Source: Bacillota bacterium | GTDB lineage: Bacteria > Bacillota > Clostridia > Oscillospirales > Oscillospiraceae | Direction: 5' to 3' | Assembly (NCBI GenBank): GCA_029007925.1 | Contig: JAQXIT010000103.1 | Coordinates: 4,673 to 68,672 of the forward strand | DNA: 64,000 nt | Shown here: one piece after another, positions 41,895 through 50,919 of the stretch | Position numbering within the stretch: position 1 is the stretch's first letter | How the letters are laid out: each line of letters opens with the position of its first letter | Translations under genes and position numbers: made by a program | Notes under the pieces: model-generated | The model's input: only the letters and a program-made list of their open reading frames with translations | Database searches by the model: none | What the model was told of the DNA's origin: nothing

Positions 41895-42398
41895 ATGTTT
41901 CAGATCGGAGACCTGGTGACGTACGGGATTCATGGCGTGTGCAGAATTGCGGATCAGGAGGAGCGGACGGTGGAGCACCGGAAGATCCGCTATCTGGTGC
42001 TGACTCCGCTGGAACAGACGGGAGCCCGCTTTCTGGTTCCCACCCACAACGAAGCCGCGCTGAGCAAGCTGCGCAGAATCCTCACCCGGGAGGAGCTGGA
42101 GGCACTGCTCCGCAGCGAAGAAGTGCGGCGCGACACGTGGATCGCCGACGAAAACCAGCGCAAACAGCGCTACCGGGAGCTGATTGGCAGCGGCGACCGG
42201 ACGGCGCTGCTGAAGATGATCGGCTCCATCCTCCGGCACCGGGAGTCGCAGACGGCAGCCGGGCGGAAGCTCCACCTGTGCGATGACAATTTCCTGCGGG
42301 ACGCGGAGCGGCTCATCAACGGGGAGTTTTCCCTGATTCTCGGCATTGACCCCGGTCAGGTGGGCGGATATGTGCGGGATGCCCTCCGGGACGCGTAG
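41895..42398 (+). CDS. CarD-family transcription factor
   Basis: MFQIGDLV.Y..HGVC.I RNAP-interacting domain; helical C-terminal domain. Confidence 0.9.
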   Translation: MFQIGDLVTYGIHGVCRIADQEERTVEHRKIRYLVLTPLEQTGARFLVPTHNEAALSKLRRILTREELEALLRSEEVRRDTWIADENQRKQRYRELIGSGDRTALLKMIGSILRHRESQTAAGRKLHLCDDNFLRDAERLINGEFSLILGIDPGQVGGYVRDALRDA

Positions 42399-42477
42399 CG
42401 AAAATTTCGGACGCCTGTTGCATTGCGGGCCGCGTCGCGGTATAATAAGTCCATACTTACAGTCGGAGGACTTGGCA

Positions 42478-43134
42478 ATGACTTACGAGCAAATCAAACA
42501 GGATCCCGCCATCCGTACCTATATCACCCAGGCGGATGCCTCGCTGGCGGCGCTGGGCTACACGGAGCATAGCTTTGCCCATGTCAGCCGGGTGGCGGAG
42601 ATCGCGGGATATATTCTGGAGACCCTGGGGTATTCGCCCCGGGAGGTGGAGCTGGCAAAAATCGCCGGATATCTCCACGATATCGGCAATCTGGTGAACC
42701 GGGTGGATCACAGCCAGAGCGGTGCGGTGATGGCCTTTCGGATTCTGGACCGGATGGGCTTCCCGCCGGAGGAGATTTCCTGCATCGTCACCGCCATCGG
42801 AAACCACGATGAGGGAACCGGCGTGCCGGTGAATCCCATGGCGGCGGCCTTGATTCTGGCGGACAAGTCCGACGTGCGGCGCAATCGGGTTCGCACCAAG
42901 GACACGGCGGCTTTCGATATCCACGACCGGGTCAACTACTCCGTCACCAAGGCGGAGCTGAAAATCAACGAGGCGCACACCATCGTGAAGCTGAAAATGT
43001 CCGTGGACACCCATTTCGGTTCCGTGATGGATTATTTTGAGATCTTCATGGATCGGATGCGCCTGTGCCGCCGGGCAGCGCAGACCCTGGGGCTGCAGTT
43101 CAAGCTGATTATCAATGAGCAGCAGTTGGTATAG
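42478..43134 (+). CDS. HD-domain phosphohydrolase
   Basis: EH..H, LHDIG, NH and ADK motifs; GGAGG RBS. Confidence 0.9.
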   Translation: MTYEQIKQDPAIRTYITQADASLAALGYTEHSFAHVSRVAEIAGYILETLGYSPREVELAKIAGYLHDIGNLVNRVDHSQSGAVMAFRILDRMGFPPEEISCIVTAIGNHDEGTGVPVNPMAAALILADKSDVRRNRVRTKDTAAFDIHDRVNYSVTKAELKINEAHTIVKLKMSVDTHFGSVMDYFEIFMDRMRLCRRAAQTLGLQFKLIINEQQLV

Positions 43135-43138
43135 TATA

Positions 43139-43170
43139 AAACAGGACGCGCCCTCGGGCGCGTCCTGTTT
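43139..43170. terminator. Bidirectional terminator
   Basis: AAACAGGACGCGCC-CTCG-GGCGCGTCCTGTTT. Confidence 0.85.
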
Positions 43171-43172
43171 GC

Positions 43173-43319
43173 TTATTTGGCATGCGGGCAGCTTCCGCTC
43201 ATGGGGCAATTGCCGCAGGAGCAGCCGGAGCATCCCCGCTTGCGGCGGCGGATCAGGTACCCCACAATGGCGGCGCAGATCCCGGCCAGCACAATACAGA
43301 CAAGAACTGTTGGATTCAT
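43173..43319 (-). CDS. FeoB-associated Cys-rich small membrane protein
   Basis: 48 aa: TM helix then GCSGCSCGNC...C; ATGA overlap with the feoB stop. Confidence 0.85.
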   Translation of the reverse strand: MNPTVLVCIVLAGICAAIVGYLIRRRKRGCSGCSCGNCPMSGSCPHAK

Positions 43320-45481
43320 ACGGATGCCCTCACTCGGCTGGGCCTGCGCACTACCAGATACACCATGGCCGCCAGCGCCAGTACTGCCGCCACGGTGAAC
43401 ACGCCGAAGGTGGCTTCGCCGGTCAGCAGCCCCACCAGCTGGAACACGATCATGGACGCAATGTAAGCGAATCCGCACATATATCCGATGGCGAAGGCTG
43501 TCCATTTCCCGCTGTTCATCTCCCGCCGGATGGCGCCGATGGCGGCAAAGCAGGGGGCACACAGCAGATTGAAGATCAGAAAGCTGTAAGCGGTGACGGG
43601 GCCGAAGTCCTGCGCAATCAGCGTCCAGATTTCCTGACCGGATTCGCTGAGTTCACCGGAGAAGTGATAGAAGGCGCCCAGGGTCATGACGATCTCTTCC
43701 TTGGCGATGAGGCCGGTAAAGGTGGCCACGGTGGCCTTCCACGCCATATCGCCCATCCATCCCAGGGGATAGAAAATCCAGGCGATGCCCTTGCCGATTT
43801 CGGCCAGCAGGGAGGCGTTGTTGTCTGTTACCATCTGGAAAACGCCGCCAACAAATCCGTAGTTCTGCAGGAACCACAGGACGATGGAGGAAAGCAGAAT
43901 CACGGTGCCTGCCCGCTTGATGAAGTCCCAGCCCCGCTCCCAGGTGACCCGGAGAATATTGGAGAGCACCGGCGCGTGATAGGCGGGAAGCTCCATGATG
44001 AAGGGGGCGGGCTCGCCCATAAATGGCCTGGTTTTCTTCAGAATCAGGCCGGAGACGATCACGGCGGCCACGCCGATGAAGAAGGCGGAGGTGGCAACCA
44101 GGGGAGACTGGCCGAAGACGGCGCCCGCAAACAGTCCCACAATGGTCATTTTGGCGCCGCAGGGAAGGAAGCAGGTGGTGATGATGGTCATTCTCCGGTC
44201 ATGTTCCTGCTCGATGGTGCGGGATGCCATGATGCCGGGAACACCGCAGCCGGTGGCCACCAGCATGGGGATGAAGGATTTGCCGGAAAGGCCGAATTTG
44301 CGCAGCAGCCGATCCATAATGAAGGCCACCCGGGACATATAGCCGCAGTCCTCCAGAATGGACAGCAGCAAAAACAGTACCAGAAGCTGGGGAACGAAGC
44401 CCAGTACCGCGCCCACACCGGCTACAATGCCGTCCAGGATCAGGCTGTACAGCCACGGCATGACAATGGGCTGCCCGGCGGCATCCAGCAGGACGCTGTT
44501 CAGCAGATTCGGAATCCACTGCCCGAAGAGAACATCGTTTGCCCAATCGGTGGCGGCGGTGCCGATGGAAATGCGCCAGCTTCCCATGGCAATGGCGTAC
44601 ATCAGGAACATAATCCCCACGAAAATGGGCAGTGCCAGAATCCGGTTGGTGACCACCATGTCGATCCTGTCGGAAACCGTCGGCTTCCCGGCGGAACGCT
44701 TCCGGTAACAGGAGGCCGTCAGGCGGCTGATGTAGTTGTAGCGATCGTTGATGATGACGGCCTCCGCATCGTCGCCCATCAGCTTTTCCACGGTGGTGAT
44801 ATCCTTTTCGATGTGATCCCGCAGGGACTTGTCCGGTTTGAGCCGCTCCAGCACTCTGGGATCCCGCTCGAAGAGCTTCACGGCGTACCAGCGCTGCTGC
44901 TCCTCGGGCATATTGTGGACGACGGCCTCCTCAATGTGGGCCAGCGCGTGCTCCACCGGGCCGGAGAAGAAGTACAGGGGCGCCGGTTTGGGATTGCGGG
45001 CGGCCTCAATGGCGGCGTCGGCGGCTTCCTGAATACCGTCGCTTTTCAAAGCGGAGATCTCCAGAACCTGACAGCCCAGAGCATGACTCAGCTTGAGGAT
45101 GTCGATGGTATCGCCGTTTTTGCGGACGATGTCCATCATATTGACGGCAATGACCACGGGAATACCCAGCTCCATGAGCTGAGTGGTTAAGTACAGATTT
45201 CGCTCCAGATTGGTGCCGTCCACAATGTTCAAAATGGCGTCGGGACGCTCGCTCACCAGATAGTTCCGGGCGATCACTTCCTCCTGGGTGTAGGGGGACA
45301 GGGAGTAAATGCCGGGCAGGTCGGTGAGGATGACGCTGGCATCCTTCTTCAGCCGGCCTTCCTTTTTTTCCACCGTGACACCCGGCCAGTTGCCCACATA
45401 CTGGCTGGAACCGGTCAGGGCGTTGAACAGCGTGGTCTTGCCGCAGTTGGGGTTGCCCGCAAGGGCAATTCGAATTTCCAT
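43316..45481 (-). CDS. feoB: Ferrous iron transporter B
   Basis: GNPNCGKT, VGNWPGVT, DLPG, NMMD GTPase motifs; GCGVP gate motif; multi-TM. Confidence 0.97.
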   Translation of the reverse strand: MEIRIALAGNPNCGKTTLFNALTGSSQYVGNWPGVTVEKKEGRLKKDASVILTDLPGIYSLSPYTQEEVIARNYLVSERPDAILNIVDGTNLERNLYLTTQLMELGIPVVIAVNMMDIVRKNGDTIDILKLSHALGCQVLEISALKSDGIQEAADAAIEAARNPKPAPLYFFSGPVEHALAHIEEAVVHNMPEEQQRWYAVKLFERDPRVLERLKPDKSLRDHIEKDITTVEKLMGDDAEAVIINDRYNYISRLTASCYRKRSAGKPTVSDRIDMVVTNRILALPIFVGIMFLMYAIAMGSWRISIGTAATDWANDVLFGQWIPNLLNSVLLDAAGQPIVMPWLYSLILDGIVAGVGAVLGFVPQLLVLFLLLSILEDCGYMSRVAFIMDRLLRKFGLSGKSFIPMLVATGCGVPGIMASRTIEQEHDRRMTIITTCFLPCGAKMTIVGLFAGAVFGQSPLVATSAFFIGVAAVIVSGLILKKTRPFMGEPAPFIMELPAYHAPVLSNILRVTWERGWDFIKRAGTVILLSSIVLWFLQNYGFVGGVFQMVTDNNASLLAEIGKGIAWIFYPLGWMGDMAWKATVATFTGLIAKEEIVMTLGAFYHFSGELSESGQEIWTLIAQDFGPVTAYSFLIFNLLCAPCFAAIGAIRREMNSGKWTAFAIGYMCGFAYIASMIVFQLVGLLTGEATFGVFTVAAVLALAAMVYLVVRRPSRVRASV

Positions 45482-45493
45482 ACTGCCTGCCTC

Positions 45494-45715
45494 CTATTCG
45501 ATCTCGATCATCTCGGCGTCGGCTTTGCGCAGACTCAGCTCGTACCCCCGGACAGTGAGCTCCATGGGGTCGCCCAGAGGGGCCACTTTTCGGATATAGA
45601 TCTCCACATTCTTGGTGATGCCCATGTCCATGATCCTGCGACGGACGGCGCCTTCGCCCCGGAGCCTGACCACTTTGACTGTCTGCCCGATTTCGGCATC
45701 CTTCAGAGTTTTCAT
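45494..45715 (-). CDS. feoA: Ferrous iron transport protein A
   Basis: RRIMDMG, APLGDP, LSLRK. Confidence 0.96.
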   Translation of the reverse strand: MKTLKDAEIGQTVKVVRLRGEGAVRRRIMDMGITKNVEIYIRKVAPLGDPMELTVRGYELSLRKADAEMIEIE

Positions 45716-45747
45716 TTTTGCATCCTCTCCTTGCTGTCTGTATAATG

Positions 45748-45831
45748 GTTAGCCGCTGCTAACAATGCGGGAAAAATAAAGTTAGCAGCCGCTAACGATG
45801 CCATTATACACAGTCTTTTGGACGTTGTCAA
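45748..45831 (-). promoter_or_regulatory. feo promoter with two palindromic operators (DtxR/MntR-like)
   Basis: TTGACA-17-TATAAT (45831-45803); GTTAGC-N4-GCTAAC at 45748-45763 and 45781-45796. Confidence 0.75.
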
Positions 45832-45888
45832 GTAAAAAATGTCGCCAGAGGCAAAAAAGACCGGGCGCGGAATCCGCACCCGGAAATC

Positions 45889-46611
45889 TCAGAGAACCTT
45901 GGACAGAAAATCCTGCAGACGGGGATTGGTGGGGGAGCCGAAGATCTGCTCCGGGGAGCCCTGCTCCAAAATTTTGCCCTCGTCCATGAACAGCACCCGG
46001 CTGCCCACCTCCCGGGCAAAGCCCATCTCGTGGGTGACCACCACCATGGTCATGCCGTCGTGCGCCAATTCCTTCATCACGGACAGCACCTCGCCCACCA
46101 TCTCCGGGTCCAGGGCGGAGGTGGGCTCGTCGAAGAGCATGACCTTGGGATTCATGGCCAGCGCCCGGACGATGGCGATCCGCTGCTTCTGACCGCCGGA
46201 GAGCTGGGCGGGATAGGCATCGGCCTTCTGCTCCAGACCCACCCGCCGCAGAAGCTGCAACGCCTGGGCATCCGCCTCCGCCTGGGTCATCAGACCGGTG
46301 CGGACGGGCGCCAGGGTGATATTTTTGCGGATGGTCATGTTGGGGAACAGATTGAAGTGCTGGAACACCATGCCCATCTGCTTGCGGATCAGGTCGATAT
46401 TGGTCTTGGGATCCGTGATCTCGGTGCCGTTGAAGGTGATGGTTCCGGAGGAGGGAAGCTCCATCAGGTTCAGGCAGCGCAGGAAGGTGGATTTGCCGGA
46501 GCCGGAGGGGCCGATGATGACAACCTTCTCCCCGGGATGGATATGCTCGGAAATATTGTCCAGCACCAGATGATTGCCGAAGGATTTGCTCAGATTTTTA
46601 ACGTCTATCAC
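45889..46611 (-). CDS. Polar amino acid ABC transporter ATPase (GlnQ/ArtR-like)
   Basis: [35 protein letters not shown]; GTG start after AAAGGAGG. Confidence 0.95.
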   Translation of the reverse strand: MIDVKNLSKSFGNHLVLDNISEHIHPGEKVVIIGPSGSGKSTFLRCLNLMELPSSGTITFNGTEITDPKTNIDLIRKQMGMVFQHFNLFPNMTIRKNITLAPVRTGLMTQAEADAQALQLLRRVGLEQKADAYPAQLSGGQKQRIAIVRALAMNPKVMLFDEPTSALDPEMVGEVLSVMKELAHDGMTMVVVTHEMGFAREVGSRVLFMDEGKILEQGSPEQIFGSPTNPRLQDFLSKVL

Positions 46612-47362
46612 TTTGACGCAGCCTCCTTTCGAGAATACTCTGCAGATAGGTGAACAGCATAACAAGGGAAAGATAGATGAGGGCGGAGCCTACCAGCGGG
46701 AACATCTGCTCATAAGTACGGGATGCCACCGCCTGGGCGGCATAGACCAGCTCCTTGCCGCCGATGGTGTAGATCAGGGCGGTGTCCTTGAGAAGCGTAA
46801 TGAATTCGTTGCCCAGCGAGGGAAGGATACTTCTGAAGGCCTGGGGGATGACGATGAAGCGCATGGTGTCGATGTAATTCAGACCCAGCGAGCGGCCGGC
46901 CTCGGCCTGTCCGGGATCCAGCGACATGAGGCCGCCCCGGATGATTTCCGCCACATAGGCGCCGGAGTTGATGCCCAGGGTCAGAATACCGATTCCGGTA
47001 TAGTTCCGGCTGGATTTGAAGATGACAAAGCCCATAATGAGAAGCTGCACCAGCATGGGAGTTCCCCGGATTACGGTGACATACACCTTGCAGATCCCGT
47101 TGCATACGCCCAGAATCGGGTTGTGCCGGCCGGGACGCTGCTGGTCGTGGGCGGAGCGGACGACCGCAACCAGAACACCCAGCAGCACGCCGAGAATCAG
47201 GGCGGAGACGGTGACCAGCAGCGTGCTGCCCACACCCTCCAGATACTGCTTCCAGCGATCCGCCTCAATAAAGGCCTGATAAAATTTGACATAGGCTTCC
47301 TGCCAGAAGGGAAGACCGATGCCTTCGCGCATCAGTTCTTTCCATTGCAGATACAGTTCCAC
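46598..47362 (-). CDS. Polar amino acid ABC transporter permease
   Basis: [32 protein letters not shown]. Confidence 0.94.
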   Translation of the reverse strand: MELYLQWKELMREGIGLPFWQEAYVKFYQAFIEADRWKQYLEGVGSTLLVTVSALILGVLLGVLVAVVRSAHDQQRPGRHNPILGVCNGICKVYVTVIRGTPMLVQLLIMGFVIFKSSRNYTGIGILTLGINSGAYVAEIIRGGLMSLDPGQAEAGRSLGLNYIDTMRFIVIPQAFRSILPSLGNEFITLLKDTALIYTIGGKELVYAAQAVASRTYEQMFPLVGSALIYLSLVMLFTYLQSILERRLRQSDRR

Positions 47363-47440
47363 GGGGGAGCTCTCCTTTCAAAATGGGATTCTCGCGGAGA
47401 AAAAGGGCGGCGTTTGCCGTCCTTTTTCCCGAAAGCGGAA

Positions 47441-48217
47441 TTATTCAGCGGTAATATATTTGTCGATGATCTTCTGAACGGTACCGTCGGCGATCAGCTC
47501 CGCCAGAGCCTTGTTGACGGCGTCCTTCAGTTCGGTGTTGCCTTTGGCAAAGCCGATGGCGTAGTCCTCGGTGAGCCACTCGGTCTCGAGAATCTTCAGA
47601 CCCTTGTTGGTTTTCACGAATTCCTGGGCGGGGGCGTTGTCGATGATGACGCAGTCCACCTGACCGTTCTGCAGCGCCTGAATGGCGGTGATGCCGTTGT
47701 TGTAGCCGATCACGTTCGCTTCGCCGTAGCCGCCGTTCCCGGGGGTGTCGGAAGCGTAAATGTAGCCGGTGGTGCCCAACTGGGTGCCGATCTTCTTACC
47801 CTCCAGATCATCGGGGGAAGTGATGTCGGAATCCTCCGGAACGATGACCACCTGAACGCCGGTGGCGTAGCTGTCGGAGAAGTCCATCACGGCTTGCCGG
47901 TCGGGGCTGACGGTAACGCCGGCCATGACCATGTCACTGCTGCCCTGCTGGGCGGCCTCCAGAGCGGCCACAAAGCCCATATCATCGATGACCAGCTCCA
48001 GACCCAGCTTGTCGGCGATGGCCTTCGCGATCTCGATATCGATGCCGACATAGCTGCCGTTGTCATCGGTCATTTCGTAGGGCGGGAACTCCGCGTTGGT
48101 GGACATGATGAGTTTGCCTTTTTCAATGGTCATACCTTTGCTGTCGGAAGAGGTGCAGCCGGCGAACAGGGACAGAGCCAGAACGGCGGCGGTCAGAATT
48201 GCAATCCATTTTTTCAT
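47441..48217 (-). CDS. Polar (probably basic) amino acid ABC substrate-binding lipoprotein
   Basis: FAGC lipobox, TNAEFPPYE, GIDI, GTTG. Confidence 0.93.
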   Translation of the reverse strand: MKKWIAILTAAVLALSLFAGCTSSDSKGMTIEKGKLIMSTNAEFPPYEMTDDNGSYVGIDIEIAKAIADKLGLELVIDDMGFVAALEAAQQGSSDMVMAGVTVSPDRQAVMDFSDSYATGVQVVIVPEDSDITSPDDLEGKKIGTQLGTTGYIYASDTPGNGGYGEANVIGYNNGITAIQALQNGQVDCVIIDNAPAQEFVKTNKGLKILETEWLTEDYAIGFAKGNTELKDAVNKALAELIADGTVQKIIDKYITAE

Positions 48218-48259
48218 TTTCCATATCTCCTTTTCCCCTTGGGGGAGCTGAATGACTGA

Positions 48260-48288
48260 ATTATATACCGTATATTATACAACGTCAA
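48260..48288 (-). promoter_or_regulatory. sigmaA promoter of the amino-acid ABC operon
   Basis: TTGACG-17-TATAAT on the minus strand. Confidence 0.7.
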
Positions 48289-48417
48289 CTGTGGATAAAG
48301 CCAAAGATATCCGCGTGAAATCAAAAGAAAGGTGCAAAATACACAAAAAAATAGGAAAATAATGAATAAATGCATATTTTAGTGCGGAATAAATGAATAA
48401 TTAATATGAATATATGA

Positions 48418-48446
48418 ATACGCCCACGGCGCTGCCGTGGGCGTAT
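48418..48446 (-). terminator. tcdA terminator hairpin
   Basis: ATACGCCCACGGC-GCT-GCCGTGGGCGTAT. Confidence 0.75.
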
Positions 48447-48447
48447 G

Positions 48448-49179
48448 TCAGATCTGCGAAAGCTCCCGGATGACCTCACCGGCCAGAATCAGGCCGGCGG
48501 CGGCAGGGACGAAGGCGGTGGAGCCGGGGGTGGAGCGGCGGGAGGAACCCGGTCGCTGGGATTCCGGCGGATCGGAAGGATCGGCGGCAGGCTCCCGCGG
48601 AAGCTCCCGGGAGTAGACCACCTTGACATCCCGGAGCCCCCGCTTGGCACATTCCTTCCGCATGATCCGGGCGAGGGGACAGCCGGAGGTCTTGGAAATA
48701 TCCGCTACCGTGAAGGCGGTGGGATCCAGCTTGTTGCCGGTGCCCATGCAGCTGATGACCCGGGTGCCGGCGGCCTTGGCCTGAGCGATAAGAGCCAGCT
48801 TCCCGGTGACGGTGTCGATGGCATCCAGCACATAATCGTACCGTGTAAAATCAAACAGCGCCTCGGTTTCCGGCAGGTAGAAGGTTCGGAACACCCGCAC
48901 CTCAATGGTGGGATCGATGTCCCGGATCCGTTCCGCGGCCACATCCACCTTATATTTTCCGATGGTGGAATGGGTGGCCAGAAGCTGCCGGTTCAGATTG
49001 GTCAGGCTGACGGTATCGTCGTCGATCAGATCGATGTGTCCCACGCCGGAGCGTGCCAGCACCTCCGCCGCGTATCCGCCCACGCCGCCCAGGCCGAACA
49101 GCGCCACATACGCCGACCGCAGCCGCTCCATTCCTTCCTGTCCCAGCAGCAGACGGGTGCGGGAGTATTGATCCGCCAT
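48448..49179 (-). CDS. tcdA: tRNA threonylcarbamoyladenosine dehydratase (ThiF/MoeB family)
   Basis: GLGGVG, TNLNRQ, DAID, MGTGNK.DP, CPLAR, PGS.AFVP. Confidence 0.92.
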   Translation of the reverse strand: MADQYSRTRLLLGQEGMERLRSAYVALFGLGGVGGYAAEVLARSGVGHIDLIDDDTVSLTNLNRQLLATHSTIGKYKVDVAAERIRDIDPTIEVRVFRTFYLPETEALFDFTRYDYVLDAIDTVTGKLALIAQAKAAGTRVISCMGTGNKLDPTAFTVADISKTSGCPLARIMRKECAKRGLRDVKVVYSRELPREPAADPSDPPESQRPGSSRRSTPGSTAFVPAAAGLILAGEVIRELSQI

Positions 49180-49262
49180 GACGTTCCCTCCTTTGTTGTC
49201 TTTGGGTTATGGTATCACGGGGCTGGGCGGCTGTCAATGCGTAAAAATTGCTTTGGGTTTCG

Positions 49263-49291
49263 TTCTATCCGGGTTTTTGAGGACATACCCT
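49263..49291 (+). promoter_or_regulatory. sigmaE-like promoter of spoIVA
   Basis: TTCTAT...CATACCCT; spoIVA is an established sigE target. Confidence 0.6.
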
Positions 49292-49342
49292 GTGATAGAC
49301 CGTGGCAGGAGCCGTCTCTCCTGCCGGATGAGGAGGCTGGCT

Positions 49343-50806
49343 ATGGAAAATATCTACGCGGACATCGCCGCCAGAACCGGCGGCAATATTTATATGGGTG
49401 TGGTGGGGCCGGTGCGCACCGGAAAATCCACGCTCATCAAGCGGATCATGGAGGTGCTGGTGATTCCCTGCATCGGCGATCCCTATCGGGCGGAGCGGGC
49501 CCGGGATGAACTGCCCCAGAGCGGTTCCGGCAAAACCATCATGACCTCGGAGCCCAAGTTCGTGCCGGAGGAGGCCGTGGAGATCTCACCCGACGGAAAG
49601 ACCCGGCTGCGGGTGCGGATGATCGATTCCGTAGGCTATATGGTCACCGGTGCGGTGGGAGCGGAGGAGAACGGGGTTCCCCGGATGGTGACGACGCCCT
49701 GGTTCGACCATGAGATCCCCATGACGGAGGCCGCGGAGCTGGGGACGAAAAAGGTGATGGAGGAGCATTGCTCCGTGGGCCTTGTGGTGACCACCGACGG
49801 CTCCATCACCGACATCCCCCGAAGCGATTATCTGGAGGCTGAAGGACGCGCCATCCGGGATATGCAGGCCACCGGAAAGCCCTATCTGGTGATCGTCAAT
49901 TCCCGCAATCCCCATTCGGACACCGCTAAGGCGGTGCGGGAGGAGATGCGAAAGCAATACGGCGTGGACGCGGCGGTGGCGGACTGTCAGGCGCTGGATG
50001 CGGGAGGCATCACGGAGCTGCTGCGGGAGCTGCTGTGCGCCTTCCCCATGCGGGAGCTGCGGGTGTATCTGCCCCGGTGGATGGACGCGCTGGAGCCGGA
50101 GCATCCGGTGAAGGCGGGGCTGTATACCGCCCTGCTGAATTGCGGGGAGAAGATTTCTGTGCTGGGGCAGGCGGAAGAAGCTCTCTCCGGCTTGGGTGAG
50201 CTGGAGCAGGTGACGGACTATTCCGTCCGTTCCATCGATCTGGGCACCGGGACGGTGTCCTGTGTGCTGACCTTCCCGGAGACACTGTTCTATGAGATCC
50301 TCAGCGCCCGGACGGGGATGACCATCCGCAGCGACGCCCAGCTTCTGGCACTGCTGACGGAGCTGAGTCGGGTGAAACAGGAGTACGACAAAATCTCCGA
50401 CGCGCTGTCCTCGGCCAAGGCGACGGGCTACGGCGTTGTCATGCCCTGCGCGGCGGAAATGAAGCTGGAAGCGCCGGAGATGCTGCGTAAAAACGGCTCC
50501 TTCGGGGTGAAACTGAAGGCGGGAGCGCCTTCCATCCATATGATTCGGGTGGATATCGACACGGAGATCAATCCTATGGTGGGCGGCGAGCAGCAGTCCC
50601 AGGATCTGGTCAACTACCTCAGCGGAGAGGATCCCGACAAGCTGTGGGAGAGCAACATCTTCGGAAAATCCGTCTATGAGCTGATTCAGGAGGGGCTGAC
50701 CGCCAAGCTGGTGCGGATGCCCGAGGATGTGCGCGCCAAATTCCGGGGCAGTCTGACCCGGATCGTCAACGAAGGCGCCACCGGACTGATCTGCCTGATT
50801 CTGTAA
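49343..50806 (+). CDS. spoIVA: Stage IV sporulation protein A
   Basis: IAARTGG.IY.GVVGPVRTGKST, DELPQS, EPKF, TTDGS, SNIFGK, LICLIL C-terminus. Confidence 0.97.
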   Translation: MENIYADIAARTGGNIYMGVVGPVRTGKSTLIKRIMEVLVIPCIGDPYRAERARDELPQSGSGKTIMTSEPKFVPEEAVEISPDGKTRLRVRMIDSVGYMVTGAVGAEENGVPRMVTTPWFDHEIPMTEAAELGTKKVMEEHCSVGLVVTTDGSITDIPRSDYLEAEGRAIRDMQATGKPYLVIVNSRNPHSDTAKAVREEMRKQYGVDAAVADCQALDAGGITELLRELLCAFPMRELRVYLPRWMDALEPEHPVKAGLYTALLNCGEKISVLGQAEEALSGLGELEQVTDYSVRSIDLGTGTVSCVLTFPETLFYEILSARTGMTIRSDAQLLALLTELSRVKQEYDKISDALSSAKATGYGVVMPCAAEMKLEAPEMLRKNGSFGVKLKAGAPSIHMIRVDIDTEINPMVGGEQQSQDLVNYLSGEDPDKLWESNIFGKSVYELIQEGLTAKLVRMPEDVRAKFRGSLTRIVNEGATGLICLIL

Positions 50807-50814
50807 TTTTTCGC

Positions 50815-50853
50815 AATCGATACTTTTCTATGTTCGTAATCGATACTTTTCTA
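50815..50853 (+). repeat. Perfect 16-bp direct repeat just upstream of a sigmaA promoter
   Basis: AATCGATACTTTTCTA at 50815 and 50838; TTGACA-17-TATAAT at 50858-50886. Confidence 0.85.
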
Positions 50854-50919
50854 CCTATTGACAACCGCCTGCCGGCAGGGTATAATGTGTCCAATTTGTT
50901 ACAAAGGAAGTGACCCAAT

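Noticed and set aside
43115-45190. 691-aa plus-strand ORF
   Set aside because: Antisense shadow of feoB.
49178-49342. N-terminal extension of SpoIVA in the ORF track (similar extensions for flxD, flxC, flxB, guaA, luxS, carD-like)
   Set aside because: Downstream ATGs have clear Shine-Dalgarno sites and match family N-termini; the extensions are longest-ORF artefacts.
50815-50853. CRISPR-like repeat
   Set aside because: Only two 16-bp copies with a 7-bp spacer and no cas genes; better explained as an operator.
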